Assembly: GCF_963921235.1 (NCBI RefSeq)
Contig: NC_086098.1
Location: forward strand, 2,976,001 to 3,040,000
Origin: Mobula hypostoma
Taxonomy: Eukaryota
DNA length: 64,000 nucleotides
Reading direction: 5' to 3'
Shown: positions 25,075 to 39,462 of the stretch, in pieces
How positions within the stretch are numbered: position 1 is the first letter of the stretch
Layout: every line of letters begins with the position of its first letter
Notes under the pieces: generated by a model
What the model saw: only the letters and a program-made list of their open reading frames with translations
Told to the model about the DNA's origin: nothing
Databases searched by the model: none
Position numbers and translations under genes: made by a program

Positions 25075-28000
25075 GAGGCAGGGTAAGTAGGTGAGTTTAT
25101 TCCTTATTTCTTATTCCTTTTTTCTTCTTGGACACTCAAAGCTGCTACGCAGGTTGACTCTGTGGTTAAGAAGGCATATGATGTATTGGCCTTCATCAAT
25201 CATGGAATTGAATTTAAGAGCCGAGAGGTAATGTTACAGCTACATAGGACCCTGGTCAGACCCCACTTGGAGTACTGTGCTCAGTTCTGGTCGCCTCACT
25301 ACTGATGATAGGAAAGATGTGGAAACCATAGAAAGGGTGCAGAGGAGATTTACAAGGATGTTACCTGGATTGGGGAGCATGCTTTATGAAAACAGTTTGA
25401 GTGAACTTGGCCTTTTCTCCTTGGAGCGATAGAGGATGAGAGGTGACCTGATAGAGGTGTATAAGATAATGAGAGGCATTGATCGTGTGGATAGTCAGAG
25501 GCTTTTCCCCAGGGCTGAAATGGCTAGCACGAGAGAGCTCAGGTTTAAAATGCTTGGAAGTAGGTACAGAGGAGATGTCAGGGGTAAGTTTTTTTACGCA
25601 GAGAATGGTAAGTGCGTGGTATGGGCTGCTGGTGACAGTGGTGGAGGCAGATACAATAGGGTCTTTTAAAAGACTTCTGGACAGGTACATGGAGCTTAGA
25701 AACATAGAGGGCAATGGGTAACCCTAGGTAATTTCTAAGATAAGGACATGTTCGGCACAGCTTTGTGGGCCAAAGGGCCTGTATTGTGCTGTAGGTTTTC
25801 TATGTTTCTATGTTTCTTAAATTCCTGCGAGAATAGGGGCTACATCTGCAGAGACTGTGTTCTGTTCTGGCTGTCAGATGTGGGATTTCCAGGAGATTCC
25901 AGCCTCCCCAGTGGTCACACCTGCCCTGAATGCATCGAGGTGCAGCTCCTTAGAGACCGTTTAAGGAAATGGAGCTGCAGCTCGATGACATTCAGCTTGT
26001 CAGGGAAAGTGAAGCAGTGACAGGAGCTACAGGGAGGTAGTGACCCCATGGCTACTGGAGACAGATAAATGGGTGACTGTCAGGAGAGGGAAGGGAGAAT
26101 GTCAGATAGTGGAGAGCACCCCTGTGGTCATCCCACTCAACAATAGGTACTCCATTTTGAGTGCTGTTGGGTGTTGAGGGGAACCTACCTGGGGGAAGTA
26201 AAGGCAGCCATGCCTCTGGCATTGAGTCTGGTCCTGTGGCTCAAAAGAGCAGGGGACTGAACAGGATGGCAGCAGTAATGGGGGACTCTATAGTCAGGGG
26301 TCAGATTCTGTGGATGTAAAAAGGAAACAGGGACGGCACTTTGCCTCCCAAGGTCCAGGGACCACAATGTTTCTGATCGCGTCCACAATATCCTGACAAG
26401 GAAGGGTTACCACCCAGATGTCATGGTACATACTGGTACCAACAACATAGGTAGAAAAAGGGAGGAGGTCCTGAAAGCAGAATACAGGGAGTTAGGAAGG
26501 AAGCTGAGAAGCAGGACCTCAAAGATAGTATTCTCAGGATTGCTGCCTGTACCGTGCAACAGTGAGGATAGGAATAGAAAGAGGTGATAGATAAATGCAT
26601 GACTCAAGAATTGGAGCGGGGCAGGTATTCAGATTTAGAAACATAGAAACATAGAAAAACTACAGCACAATACAGCCCACAATGCTGTGATGAACATGTA
26701 CTTACATTAGAAATTACCTAGGGTTACCCATAGCCCTCTATTTTTCCAAGCTCCATGTACCTATCCAGGAGTCTCTTAAAAGACCCTATTGTATCCACCT
26801 CCACCACCGTCACCAGCAGCCCATTCCACGCACTCACCACTCTCTGTGTAAAAAACTTACCCTTGACATCTCCTCTGTACCTACTCCCAAGCACCTTAAA
26901 ACTGTGCCCTCTCGTGCTAGCCATTTCAGCCCTGGGAAAAAGCCTCTGACTATCCACACGATCAATGCCTCTCATCATCTTATACACAAGCCAATGATAT
27001 ACATTTCTGGATAATTTGGACCTCTTCTGGAGTAGATTGGGACCTATACAAAAGCGATGGGTTGCATATGAAACTGAGGGGGACCAATATCCTTGCAGGC
27101 AGGTTTACTGGAGCTATTGGGAGTGGTTTAAATGAATATGGCAGGGGGATGGGAACCAGGATGATAGAGCTGAGGATGAGCCAGCAGGTTTACAAGTAGA
27201 TGATGGGATTAATATGAATGAAAGGAAGGGAAAGCCAATGGTTGGGTACAAATGCAGACAGAGTAAAGAGTTAAATTGTACCACAGAGGCAAAATTCAAA
27301 AGGATGAAGAATGCAGGACCGAAGGTGCTGTACTTAAATGTACATAGCATTCCGAATAACGTGGATGAACTTGGGGCACAATTAGAGATTGGTTAATATG
27401 AGGTTGTGGGCATCACTGAGTTGTGGCAGAAAGAAGCCCAAAGTTGGGAGCTTAACATCAAAGCTATAATTTGCATTAAAAAGACAAGCAGGAAGGCATA
27501 GGCAGTGGTGTGGCTCTGCTAGTAAGAAATGGAATTACAGCTTTAGAAAGAGGTGATAAAGGGTCAGAGAGTGCTGAATCTTTGTGGGTGGAGTTAAGAA
27601 ACTTCAAGGGGTAAAAAAAAAATTATGGGAATCATATATAGACCTCCAAATAGTAGCCAAGATGTAGGGTTGAGTTTGCAAAGGGAGCTGGAAAAGGCAT
27701 GTAATAAGGGTAATGACACAATTGTAATGGGGGATTTCAATATGCAAGGGGATTGGGAAAATCAGGTTGGTGTCAGATCGTAAGAGAGGTAATTTGTTGA
27801 ATACCTATAAGATGGTTTTTCAAAGCATCTTGTCCTTCAGCCTAAGGTTATCTTAGATTGGGTGTTGTGTAATAACCTAGATCTTATTAAGGAGCTTAAT
27901 GTAAAAGAACCCTTAGGAGGCAGTGATCATAATATGATTGAATTTCTACTGATATTTTAGAGGAAGAGGCATGTCACATGTATCAGTATTGCAGTAGAAT

Positions 28001-30157
28001 AAAGGGAATTACAGAAGCATGAGAGAGAAGCTTGCCCAGGTGGATTGGTGAGGATGACGGCAGAGCAGAGATGGCTGAAGTTTCTGAGAAAAGTTCACAA
28101 GGCGCAGGATAGATAAGTCCCACAGAAGAAGATGTTCTCTAATGGCAGGGGTAGGAAACGGTGGCTGACAAGGGAAGTTAAGGACTTCATAAAAGCCAAG
28201 GTAAGGGCATATAAGGTAGCAAAAGTGAGTGGGAAGTTGGATGATTGGGAAGTTTTTAAAGTCCAACAAAAGGCAACTAATAAAGCTATAATAATGGAAA
28301 AGATGTAATATGAGGGCAAACTAGCCAGTAATATAGAGTTGGATATGAAAAGTTTTTCGGTTATATACAGAGTAAAAGGGAGGTGAGAGTTGATATTGGA
28401 CAACTGGAAAATGATGCTGGTGAGAGAGTAATGGGGAATGAAGAAATTGCAGATGAACTTAATGGGTAGTTTGCTTCAGTCTTCACTGTGTGCCAGAGGT
28501 CTGTGAGTGTCAGAGAGCAGAAGTATGTACTACAAAGGAGAAAGTGCTAGACAAAGGCAAAAGGCTTAAGGAGGATACGTCAACTGGACCGAATGGACTA
28601 CATCCCAGAGTCCTGAGAGAGGCTGTTGTAGAGATAATGGATACATTGGTCATGATCTTTCAAGAATCACTTGATTCTGGCATGGTCCAGAGGACTGGAA
28701 GATTGCAAATGTCACATCACTCTTTAAGAAGGGAGGAAGGCAAAAGAAAGGAAATTCTAGGCCATTAGCCTAACTTCAGTGGTTGGGAAAGTGTTGCAAA
28801 ACGTCCTTAAGGGTGAGGTTTTATGGTACTTGGAGACTAATAATAAATTAAGTCAAAGTCAGCATGGTTTCTGTGAAGGGAAATCTTGCTTGACAAATCT
28901 GAGTTCTTTGAGGAATTAACAAGCAGAGTGGACAAAAGAGAGGCAATAAAGGGCATTTACTAGGATTTTCAGAAGGCATTTGTTAAGGTCCCACACATGA
29001 GGCTGTTTAACAAGATAAAATCCGATGGCATAACAGGAGAGATACCAGCATGGATAGGGGAATGGCTGACAGGCAGGAGGCAGTGAGTGGGAATAAAAGG
29101 GGTCTTTTCCTGGCTGGCTGCCTGTGATTAGTTGTATTCCTCAGGGGTCAGTTTTGGGACCACTGCTTTTCACATTGTTCGTCAATGTTTTGGATAATGA
29201 ATTGATGGCTTTGTGGCGACATTTGTGGATGATATGAAGATAGGTGGAGGGGTAGGTAGTGCTGAGGAAGCAGTACAATTGTGGCAGGACTTAGACAAAT
29301 TGGAAGAATGGGCAAAATGGTGGCAAATTGAATACAGTGTTGGGAAATGTATGATAATGTATTTTGGTAACAGGAACAATAGTGCAGACTGTTACCTAAA
29401 TATGGAGAAGGTTCAAACCTCAAAGAAGCAGAGGGACCTCACAGTCCTTGTGCAAGACTCCCAGATGTTTAATTTACAGATTGAGTCTATGGTAAAGAAG
29501 GCAAATATAATGTTCGTATTTATTTCAAGCAGAATAAAATATACAACGTTTGTAAAAGCAAGGAGATAATGCTGAGCCTTTACAAGACACTAGTCAGGCT
29601 GCACGGTGTACTGTCGACAGTTTTGGACCCCATATCTCAGAAAGGATGTGTCGTCATTGTAGAGAGTCCAGTGGAGGTTCATGAGGATGATTCTAGGAAT
29701 GAAGAGGTTAACATATGAGGAGTTTTTGCAGCTTTGGGCCTGTACTCACTGGAATTTAGAAGAATGTGGGGGATCTCATCGAAACCTACCAAATGTTGAA
29801 AAGACTCTATAGGGTGGATGTGGAGAGGATGTTTCCTATGGTGGGTGTATCCAGAACTATCAGGCACTGCCTCAAGTTGAAGAGCCATCCTTTAAAACAG
29901 AGGTAAGGAGGATTTTTTTGGCCACAGAGTGGTGAATCTGTGGAATGCTCCACAACCGACTGCAGTGGAGGCCAAGTTGGTAGGTGTGTTTAAGCCTGAA
30001 GTTGATTGTTTGCTGATCGGTCAGGGCATCAAAGGATATGGTGAGAAGGCAGGTAAATGGGGTTGAGTGGGATTTGGGATCAGCCATGGTGGAATGGTGG
30101 AGCAGACTCGATGGGCTGAATGGCCGAATTCTGCTCTGATTTCTTATGGTCTTATGG
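25075..30157 (+). mobile_element. Near full-length degraded CR1 (ORF1 ~25830-27135, ORF2 to ~30065) with nested CR1 insertions at ~25130-25812 (+) and ~26636-26987 (-)
   Basis: Zn-finger/esterase remnants, APE (YLNVHS), RT (FVDD), tail tcttatggtcttatgg. Confidence 0.9.
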
Positions 30158-30369
30158 ACTTTGAACTGTGGAAGAAAACGGGGACACCAGGCCAAAATCC
30201 ATGCAGTAATGGGAGGACGTACAGACTCCTGAAAGCTAAAGTCAGATTTGAACTCTGAATTCCAATATCCCGAGCTGTAACAGTGTTGTGCTAACCATTA
30301 CGCTATCACGATGCCACTGTATATAAAGTATACCACAACACAGACAGAAATAACTGGCAATGTAAATAT

Positions 30370-30643
30370 ATTTTATTTTTATTTTTTGAGATACAGTGTG
30401 GAATAGGCCCTTCCGGCCCTTTGAGCCACACCACCCAGCAACCCCTGATTTAATCTCAGCCTAATCATGGGACAATTTACAGTGACAATTTAACCCACCA
30501 ACCAGTACATCTTTGGAATGTGTGAGGAAACCCATGCAGTCACATGGAGAAGATATAAACTCCTTACAGGCATGGCAGGAATTGAACCCAAGTCACCTGT
30601 GCTGTAAAGCGTTGTGCTAACCACCACACTACCGTGCCGCCCC
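30370..30643 (-). mobile_element. V-domain SINE
   Basis: Head gggcggcacggtagtgtggtggttagcac on the - strand, V-domain, tail. Confidence 0.8.
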
Positions 30644-30821
30644 AAACTTGCAGAACAATGATTAAGTTACACAAACAGAACGACGCATCAGACGATTGGC
30701 ATCTTGTGTAAAACTGTTCAAAAAGGCATGAATGCTCCATTCATTTTAGCTATTCTAAATATATCCCCATCCTGTTCCCTCCATCTCCATCATATCACAT
30801 ACCAGACAATTATAAGGAAGA

Positions 30822-31115
30822 GGACACCCTGGTAGGGGAGCGTTTAGTGCAACACCATTAAAGCTCAGGCTTTCGGAGTTCAAAGTTCAACTCTGGAGTC
30901 CACTGTAAGGAGCTTGTACGTCCTCCCCGTGAACATGTGGGTATCCTTGGGTGATCCGGTTTCCTCCCACAGTCCGAAGACCTACTGGTTGGCAGGTTGA
31001 TTGGTTATTGTAAACCATCTTGTGATTAGACTAGGGTTAAATAGGTGTGCTGTTGGGCAGTGTGGCTCGTTGGGCCAGAAGGGCCAATTCTGCACTGTAT
31101 CTCTAAATAAATAAA
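30822..31115 (+). mobile_element. V-domain SINE
   Basis: V-domain; tail gaagggccaattctgcactgtatctctaaataaataaa. Confidence 0.8.
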
Positions 31116-31849
31116 ATGAATAATAGGAATAAGATTGCAATATCTCACAAACAGTCATGGTTTGTGACTGCAAAGGGTTAATGAATGGAGAGAAAAATAA
31201 ACACAGGGTCATACAGTGTAAACTCTGCTAAATAAAAAAAACTCAACACTGCCAGCAAAAACTATAAAGGAGAAACAATTGTGTTTATAGGCACTCAAGA
31301 TGTCAGCTTTTGGGTAAAAAATATTGCAAAGGGATGATCACTTCTGCTTTGTTTTTGTTCCAATTCATTTTTTGAAGACATGTAATTAAAAACTGCATTA
31401 ATGGCACCAATTATGGCCTCCAAGGGACTGGAAACCCCACGTTACTGTGTGATGGAACACAAGTGAGTTGCAAACATCCATTTACCATTATAATACTCAT
31501 TAATCCTGCCAAATACAACTCATTATCAGACTTCAAGGAAATCATCTCATAGGCAAACATGAGCCACGATCTATCTCTCATTAAACTCCTTACAGCACAA
31601 GTTGCATGGGAGGGGATTTGTTCAATCCATCTAATTTGTGAAGTGCAAGGGACAATATATTATTTAGTGTATAACTTTAACAAGATGGTCTGGAAAAGTA
31701 CCTTTATTTAGGAAATGCATTTTACTTCCAAATGTATTGCAGTTGAATGCAAATTGTTAACCGTCCATTTGAAATATAAAACATGCACTTAATTCCAGAG
31801 AAATTCCCGGTAACTAATCTCTCACTTCCCATTATATTTAACTCAGGAT

Positions 31850-32485
31850 TAGTTTGGTATGGAGGCATCGAAGCCAGGACCAGAAAAGCCTGCAATAAGT
31901 GGTGGACAAACAATAATAAGTGGTGGATACAGCCAAGTACATCACAGGAAAAGCCCTCCACACAAATCAACACATTTACAAGGAATGCTGCCCTAAGAAA
32001 GCAGCATCCGTCATCAAGATCCCCAGCAACCAGACCATGCTCTCTTCACACTGCTGCCATTGGGAGGGAGGTGCAGGAGCCTTACGCCCCACACCACCAG
32101 GTTCAGGAACAATTATTACCCCTCAACTATCAGGAGGGAGGTACAGGGGCCTCAGGACTTACACCACCAGGTTTAGGAACAGGTATTACCCCTCAACCAT
32201 CAGGCTCCTGAACCAGTGGTGATAACTTCACTCATCCCAACTTGAAACTGATTCCACAACTGATTCTCAATGACTTTACAATTTATGTTCTCAATATTAC
32301 TTATTTATTTCTATTTGTGCAGTTCGTCTTCATTTGTTTCTCAGTCTTAGTGTGTAGTTTTTCATTGATTCGAATGTATTTCTTTGTTCTACTATGAATG
32401 CTTGAAAGAAAATTAATCTCAGCGTAGCATATGGTGATGTAAGGTATACATACTGTACTTTAATAATAAATTTACTTTGAACTTT
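31850..32485 (+). mobile_element. Rex1/Babar-type 3' end with an internal duplication (~32065-32200)
   Basis: Rex1 C-terminal coding remnant; tail taataaatttactttgaactt. Confidence 0.75.
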
Positions 32486-33229
32486 CAACTTTGGATTAAA
32501 TACCTGTAAATATAGGCAGAAATATAAAACAGATGTGCTGACTTTTTTGGGCCAAATAGCCTTGATCTGCTTCTATATCTTAGAGTATTATGGACGCTAT
32601 GGTGTAACTGGACCAAATCAAAACAGATGAGAAGCGCCCTGGGACGTGCTGTAACAATCAGAGAAAAATATTGGATTATCTGCAACACCCACAGAATGCT
32701 GGAGAAACTCAGCAAGTCAAGCAGCATCTATGGAGGGATAAACATTTAATGTTTTGAGCTGTAAACATCCATCTGGATTCTGATGAAGGCTAAAGATGCA
32801 AAGGCTCTTTCCTCCTATCTAGTGTTCTATGAATACCTAAACATTTTACCATAAAGATTTGCACTCAAATCTATCTCGCCACGTACTGTACTTTGTCCTG
32901 AGGAATGGTCTCAGCCTGAACCGTCGACAGCTCATTGCTTCCATAGCTGCAGCCTGATCTACTGAGTTCCATCAACATCTTGTGTCTGATGCTCAAGATG
33001 TCCAGAATCTGCAGAAGCTCTTCTGACTGTATAATTAAAAACATTGTTTTTAATGTGCATTCTTTTCTGTGACAAATCCCAAAACAAAAATATCAAATGC
33101 TCGAAATATTCAGCATCTATAAATCATATACCATTTATGAATTTGCCAATGCCACGACCATTGTTGGTAATATTTCAAAGGGTGATGTGGAGGTGTACAT
33201 GAGTTAGATAGATCAGCTGGTTGAGTGGA

Positions 33230-34431
33230 TAGAAAAATTATAGTAAAAAAAAGATAGTAGGATAGATAAAGGGATGTAGTAGAGGTTGTATATTTGGACT
33301 TTCGGAAGGCCTTTGACACATGAGGCTGCTTACCAGGTTAAGAGCCCATGATATTACAGGAAAATTACTAACATGGTTAGAGCATTGGCTGATTGGTAGG
33401 AAGCAGCGAGTGGGAATAAAAGGATTGTTTTTTGGTTGGCTGCCAGTCACTAGTGGTGTTCTGCTGTGGTTGGTGCTAGGACTGCTTTTTTTATATTGTA
33501 TTTCAAAGATGATGGATAGCTGCCTTTGTTGCCAAGTTTGCAGATGATATGTAAATTGGAGGAGGGACAGGTAGTGTTGAGGAAACAGGTAGGATGCAGA
33601 AGGATATAGACAGATTAAGAAAATGGGCAAGGAAGTGGCATATGAAATAATACATGGTCATGCACTTTGGTAGTAGAAATAAACGTGTGGACTATTTTCT
33701 AAATGGGGAGAAAATCCAGGAATCTGAGATACAGAGGGACCTGGGAGTCCTCGTGCAGAACACTGTGAAGGGTAACTGTAGGTTGAGTCGGTGGTGAGGA
33801 AGGCAAATGCAATGTTAGCATTCATTTCAAGAGGTCTTGAATACAAGAGCAAGGTTGTGATGCTGAGGCTTTATAAGGCACTGGTGAGGCCTCACCTTGA
33901 GTATTGTGAACAGTTTTAGGCCCCTCCTCTTAGAAAAGATGTGCTGGCATTGGAGAGGGTCCAGAGGAGGTTCACAAGGATGAAACCAGGAATGAAAGGG
34001 TTATCATATGACAAATGTTTGATGGCTCTGGGTTTGTACTCACTGGAATTTGGAAGGATGAGGGGGATCTTATTGAAATCTTTTGAATGTTGAAAGGCCT
34101 AGACAGAGTAGATGTGGAGAGAGGGTTTCCCATGGTGGGGTGCCTAGCACAAGCGGGTAGAGCCTCAGGATAGAGGGGTGTCCATTTAAAACAGAGATGC
34201 AGAGAAATTTCTTTAGCCAGAGAGTGGTGAATTTGTGGAATTTGTGGAGGCCAGGTTGTTGCGTGTATTTAAGGCAGAGCTTAATAGGTTCTTGATTGGA
34301 CATGGCATCAAAGGTTACGGGGAGAAGGCCAGGGAAGGGAGCTGAGGAGGGGAAGAAAAGATCAGCCATGATTAAATGGCAGAGTAGGCTCGATGGGCCA
34401 AATGGCCTAATTCTGCTCCAATATCTTATGG
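33230..34431 (+). mobile_element. CR1 RT/3' half
   Basis: DFRKAFD, WLPVTSGV, KFADD remnants; CR1 3' UTR. Confidence 0.88.
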
Positions 34432-34435
34432 TCCA

Positions 34436-35745
34436 CTTTCCTCATATCTTGCTCGAAAAACCCTGTGAGATTGGTTGGACATGACCTGCACGCGTTAAGC
34501 CATGCTGACTATTCTTCATCAGTCTGAGTCTATCCAAATACTTATATATCCAGTTTTTTAGAATACCTTCCAATAAGTTTCCCATAACTGATGTCAGACT
34601 CATCGGCCTATAATTTCCTGGTTTATGTTTAGAGTCTATTTTTAAACATCATAATAACATTGACTATCCTCTGGTAACTCGCCTGTCACTAAGGATATTT
34701 TAAATATCTCTGCTAGGACCCTGGCAATTTCTGCACTTGCCTCCAGTACGGTCTGAGGGACTTTGTCAAGTCCTGGAGATATTTCCACACCGATTTGTCT
34801 CATGATAGCAAACACCTTCTCCTCTGTAATCTGTACAAGGTCCATGAGGTTGATGACACTTTGCCTCACTTCTATAGACTCTGTGTCCATCTCCCGAGTA
34901 AACACAGACGCAAAGAGTGCATTTAGATCTTCCCCCAGCTGTTTTAGCTGCACATATGGATTACCATTCTCGTCTTCCAGTGGATTAATTTTGTCCCTTG
35001 CAATCCTTTTAATATATCTGTAGAATACCTAATGATTCTTCTTCACCTTGTCTGCTAGAGCAACTTTCTGCCTTCTTTTAGCCCTCCTGATTTCTTTCTT
35101 CAGTGTTTTCTTACATTTCTTGTATTCCTTAATCACCTCGCTTGTTCCTGCTTGCTGATACCTCCTATGCACCTCGTTTTTTCTCTTAACCAAGACCTCA
35201 ATATCTCTTGAAAACCAAGTTTCCCTGCATTTGTTATCCTTATCTTTTATTCTTATAAAAGGTTTGTTCTCTCAGGATTTTGTTTTCTAAGACCTTCAAC
35301 TTTCCAAGTATATTTTTGCCAGAAAACATCTTGTCCCTATCCACACTTGCCAGATCATTTCTGATACCATCAAAATTTGCCTTTCTCCAATTTACAATCT
35401 CAACCCATGGACCAGATCTATCCTTTTGCATATTGACTTTGAAACTAAAAGCATTGTGTTCACTGGATGTAAAGTGTCCCCCTATACAAACTTCTGCCAC
35501 CTGCCCTGTCTCATTCTCTAATAGCAGATCCAGTATCGCCTGCTCTTTAGGACATGTACGTACTGATGAAGGAAACTTTCCGGAACACTCCATCCCATCC
35601 AGTCCTTTCACAATATGGGATTCCCAGTCAATATGTGGGAAGTTAAAATCACCCACTATGTTTCTTGCAATAGTCCACGATCTCCTTACAAATTTATTCC
35701 TCTAAATTCCTAGGACTGTTGGGTGGTCTGCAATATAGTCTCATA
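34436..35745 (-). mobile_element. CR1 ORF2 internal fragment (APE to linker)
   Basis: ORF 35240-35656 GDFNFPHIDW..SSEHN; ORF 34642-34953. Confidence 0.85.
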
Positions 35746-36867
35746 AAGTTTTATTATTATGTATTGGAATGTACCGCTGCTGCAAAACAACAACGTCAGT
35801 GATATTAAACCTGATTCCCATTCTGTATACTGCATCAGGCAGCATCAGGTGAAAGGTCATGGACCTGAAATGTTTCACCCTCTCTGGATATTGCCTGATC
35901 TACTGAGTATTTAAAATAATTTCCATTTTTATTTCAACCTCTGCCTTAAATGTACATGGACACCTAACCTCCACAGCTGCCTGTGGCAACAAATTCCACA
36001 GATTCACCACATTCTGGATAAAGAAGTTCCTGCTTCTCCCCATTCTACTTGGATGTCCCTCTGTTCTCTAAACAATGCCCTCTGGTCTTAGACCCACTAC
36101 AGAAAGCACCCTCTCCAAATCCATTCTACTGAGGCCTTTCGATATTCAATAGGTTTCAATGAGATTCCCCTTCATTGTTCTGGATTCCAGTGAATACAGG
36201 CCTTTCACGAAGGATGCCACCTTCTGGAGGCATTGCTTTTTAAAGATGCCCTCGATGGCTGGCAGGCATGTGCCCAAGATGGGGCTGAATCGCCAATCTT
36301 CTAAAGCCTCTTGCAATCCTGTGCCCAGGTGTCTCCATGGCAGTAATGAGAGGAGGGTATGTCCCAGCTTGAGATGTTCCTTAATGATGGATTCTGTTTT
36401 TATCCTTACTGTCTCTTTTTTATTATTTTCTTCATAGTGGATACTCAGTATTTTCCTCCAACAAATCATTTCAGTGTTTCTCTCTACCAAATCATTTCTG
36501 CAGTTAATGATTTCTCTTCCAACATGTCTACTCATATTTTTGCACAGATACTATTCCACTACCCCCCAAACAAACTTTGTCAATTATCTGTGCTTTCTAA
36601 AATGAGAAGTGCATATGATATTCAGGGGACTGGAGAGAGTAGGTCCTGTGAGCTTGCTTCCCCTTGTGAAGAAATCTAGAGGTTTCATCCCAGGAAAGAT
36701 GAGAAGAAATTTCTTCTCTCAAAGGGCTGTGTCCCTCTCGAATTCTCTACCCCCAGAGAACTGTGGAGCCTGATGCATGATGGACTTTTAGACCACAGAT
36801 AAATTGAATTGAAATCAGAAAAGGAAGAGCTTTTGAAGTTGCTGGAAATTCAGGTTAACACACACAA

Positions 36868-37396
36868 TTATAGGAATTATAGGAAAGATGTCAATAAAAT
36901 TGAGAGAGTACAGAGGAGATTTACTAAATGTTGCCTGGGTTTCATCTCCTAAGTTACAGAGAAAGGTTGAACAAGTTGGGTCTTTATCTTTGGAGCGTAG
37001 AAGGTTGAGGGGGGACTTGATAGAGGTGTTTAAAATTATGAGGGAGATAGATAGAGTTGACGTGGATAGGCTTTTTCCATTGAGAGTGGGGGAGATTCAA
37101 ACAAGAGGACATGAGTTCAGAGTTAAAGGGCAAAAGTTTAGGGGTAACATGAGGGGGAACTTCTTTACTCAGAGAGTAGTAGTTATGTGGAACGAGCTTC
37201 CAGCAGAAGTGGTTGAGGCAGGTTCGATGTTGTCGTTTAAAGTTAAATTGGACAGATATATGGACAGGAAAGGAATGGAGGGTTATGGGCTGAGTGCAGG
37301 TCGGTGGGACTAGGTGAGAGTAAGAGTTCGGCACGGACTAGGAGAGCCGAGATGGCCTGTTTCCGTGCTGTAATTGTTATATGGTTATATGGTTAT
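36868..37396 (+). mobile_element. Young CR1 3' end, (TTATATGG)n-tailed subfamily
   Basis: Nearly identical to 60190-60708. Confidence 0.92.
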
Positions 37397-37596
37397 ACAA
37401 AATGCTGCAGAAACTCAGCAGGTCAGGAATAAAGAGATGACGTTTCGGCCTGAGATATTTCACCCAGTCCTGGTGAAGGGTCCCATCCAAAACATTGACT
37501 GTTTATTCCTTTCCATAGATGCTGGCTGGCCTGCTGAGTTCCTCCAGCATTTTGTATGTGTTGCTTGGATTTCCAGCATCTGCAGATTTTCTTTTG
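37397..37596. mobile_element. Palindromic Penelope-derived repeat, degenerate hammerhead
   Basis: cagtcctggtgaagggtcccatccaaaacattgactg plus inverted arms. Confidence 0.75.
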
Positions 37597-37959
37597 TTTT
37601 TGAATGTTGATTGGTGGTTGCTTGATCAAAGGTTCAAAGGTTCAATTTAATGTCAGAGAAATGTATACAATATATATCCGGAAATGCTTTTTCTTTGCAG
37701 CCATCCACGAAAACAGAGGAGCGCCCCCAAAAGTTAAATGTTAGAACCCCAAAGTCCACTCAGCTTCCCTATCCCGTGCGTAAGCGGCAGCAAGCAAAAA
37801 TACCCCCTCCCCCCACCGGCAAAAACAAGCATTGGCACCCACCACTGAGCACTCAAGCGTGAGCAAAGCAACAGCAAAGACACAGACTCGCAGTTACCCC
37901 AAAGACTCTGCGTTTCACCTGGTATATGACATACCACAGGCTCTTCATTATTAGATCAG

Positions 37960-38433
37960 ATACAATAATGAAGGATGCATGAAAGCATGCAGATGTAGTC
38001 AAGCAGTTCAGACCAAATATCAGAATGGGGAAGAAATGTGATCTAAGTGACTTTGATAGTAGAATGATTGTTGGTGCCAGATGAGGTGGTTTGAGTATCT
38101 CAGACGCTACTCATCTCAAGGGAATTTGATGCACAGCAGTCTCTAGATATTACAGAGAATGGTGCAACAAGCAAAAAGCATTCAACGAGTGGCAGTTCTG
38201 TGGATGAAAATGAGAGAGGTCAGAGGAGATTTGCCAGACTGGTTCAAGCTGACAGGAAAACAAGAGTAACTCAAATAACTACACATTACAACAGTGGTGT
38301 GCAGAAGAGCATCTCTGAACACTCAACACATTGAACCTTGAAGTGGATGGGCCACAGCAGCAGAAAACCATGAAGATACACTCAGTGGCCACTTTATAGT
38401 ACAGAATGTACCTTGTAAAATGGCCATTGAGTG
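37960..38433 (+). mobile_element. Non-autonomous Tc1 derivative (second family) with N-terminal transposase remnant
   Basis: From 38025 MGKKCDLSDFDSRMIVGAR..LSIS...; ends in a cactcagtggccacttta..taaaatggccattgagtg inverted pair; same TIR at ~25027. Confidence 0.8.
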
Positions 38434-38962
38434 TGCATATTAACTTTCTTGGCTGAGTAACAAAGCTTAAAGATCAAACAGGTGAAGGCAAAAGTGAAAG
38501 AAGAAGTCTTTTATTTCTATCTTGAGGGAGAGAAATAATAAGTGATCTGTCAATTCTTCAAGAGTAAAAGGTTAAATTATACGTATAGAGCTGTGATACA
38601 AATAACTGCGACAAAGTTAAATGAGTATTGTCATTTTTTAAAAACAAGTATCTATAACACAGCCTTTGGAACAGGATATAAGGAGAGTACTTTATGAAAT
38701 ACAGATTAACAATCGTTCAGCACTAAAATACACACAGTGACCACTGTCTTAGGCACAGGAGCATGTCTGTGGTCTTCTGCTGCTGTAGCCCATCCATTTC
38801 AAGGGTCAGCAGGTATGCGTTCAATGTCCATTCAGACAATGGCAGAGGGAAAGAAATTGTTGTTGAATCATTGAGTATGTGTCTCAATGGGTTGAATGAA
38901 CTAATTCTGCTCCTCTGCCTTATGGTCTTATTGCTCAGGCAGTGGTATACCAAGCAGGAAGC

Positions 38963-39462
38963 TATAGAGAACATAGAAAACCTACAGCACAATACAGGCC
39001 CTTCAGCCCACAATGCTGTATCAAACATGTACTTACTTTAGAAATTACCTACCACAACCCTCTATTTATCTAAGCTCCATGTACCTGTCCAAGAGTCTCT
39101 TAAAAGACCCTATTGTATCCGTCTCCACCACAGTCGCCGGCAGCCCATTCCACGCATTCACCACTCTCTGTGTAAAAAACTTACCCCCGACATCTCCACT
39201 GTACCTACTTCCAAGCACCTTAAAACTAAGCCTTCTCGTGCCAGCCAGTTCAGCCCTGGGGGAAAAGCCTCTGACTATCTACACAATCAATGCCTCTCAT
39301 CACCTTGTACACCTCTATCAGGTCACCTCTCATCCTCCGTCGCTCCAAGGAGAAAAGGCCAAGTTCACTCAACCTATTCTCGTAAGGCATGCTCCCCAAT
39401 CCAGGCAACATCCTTGTAAATCTTCTCTGCACCCTTTCTATAGTTTCCACATCCTTCTTGTA
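38963..39462 (-). mobile_element. CR1 3' fragment
   Basis: ORF 39250-39450 ERVQRRFTRMLPGL. Confidence 0.9.
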
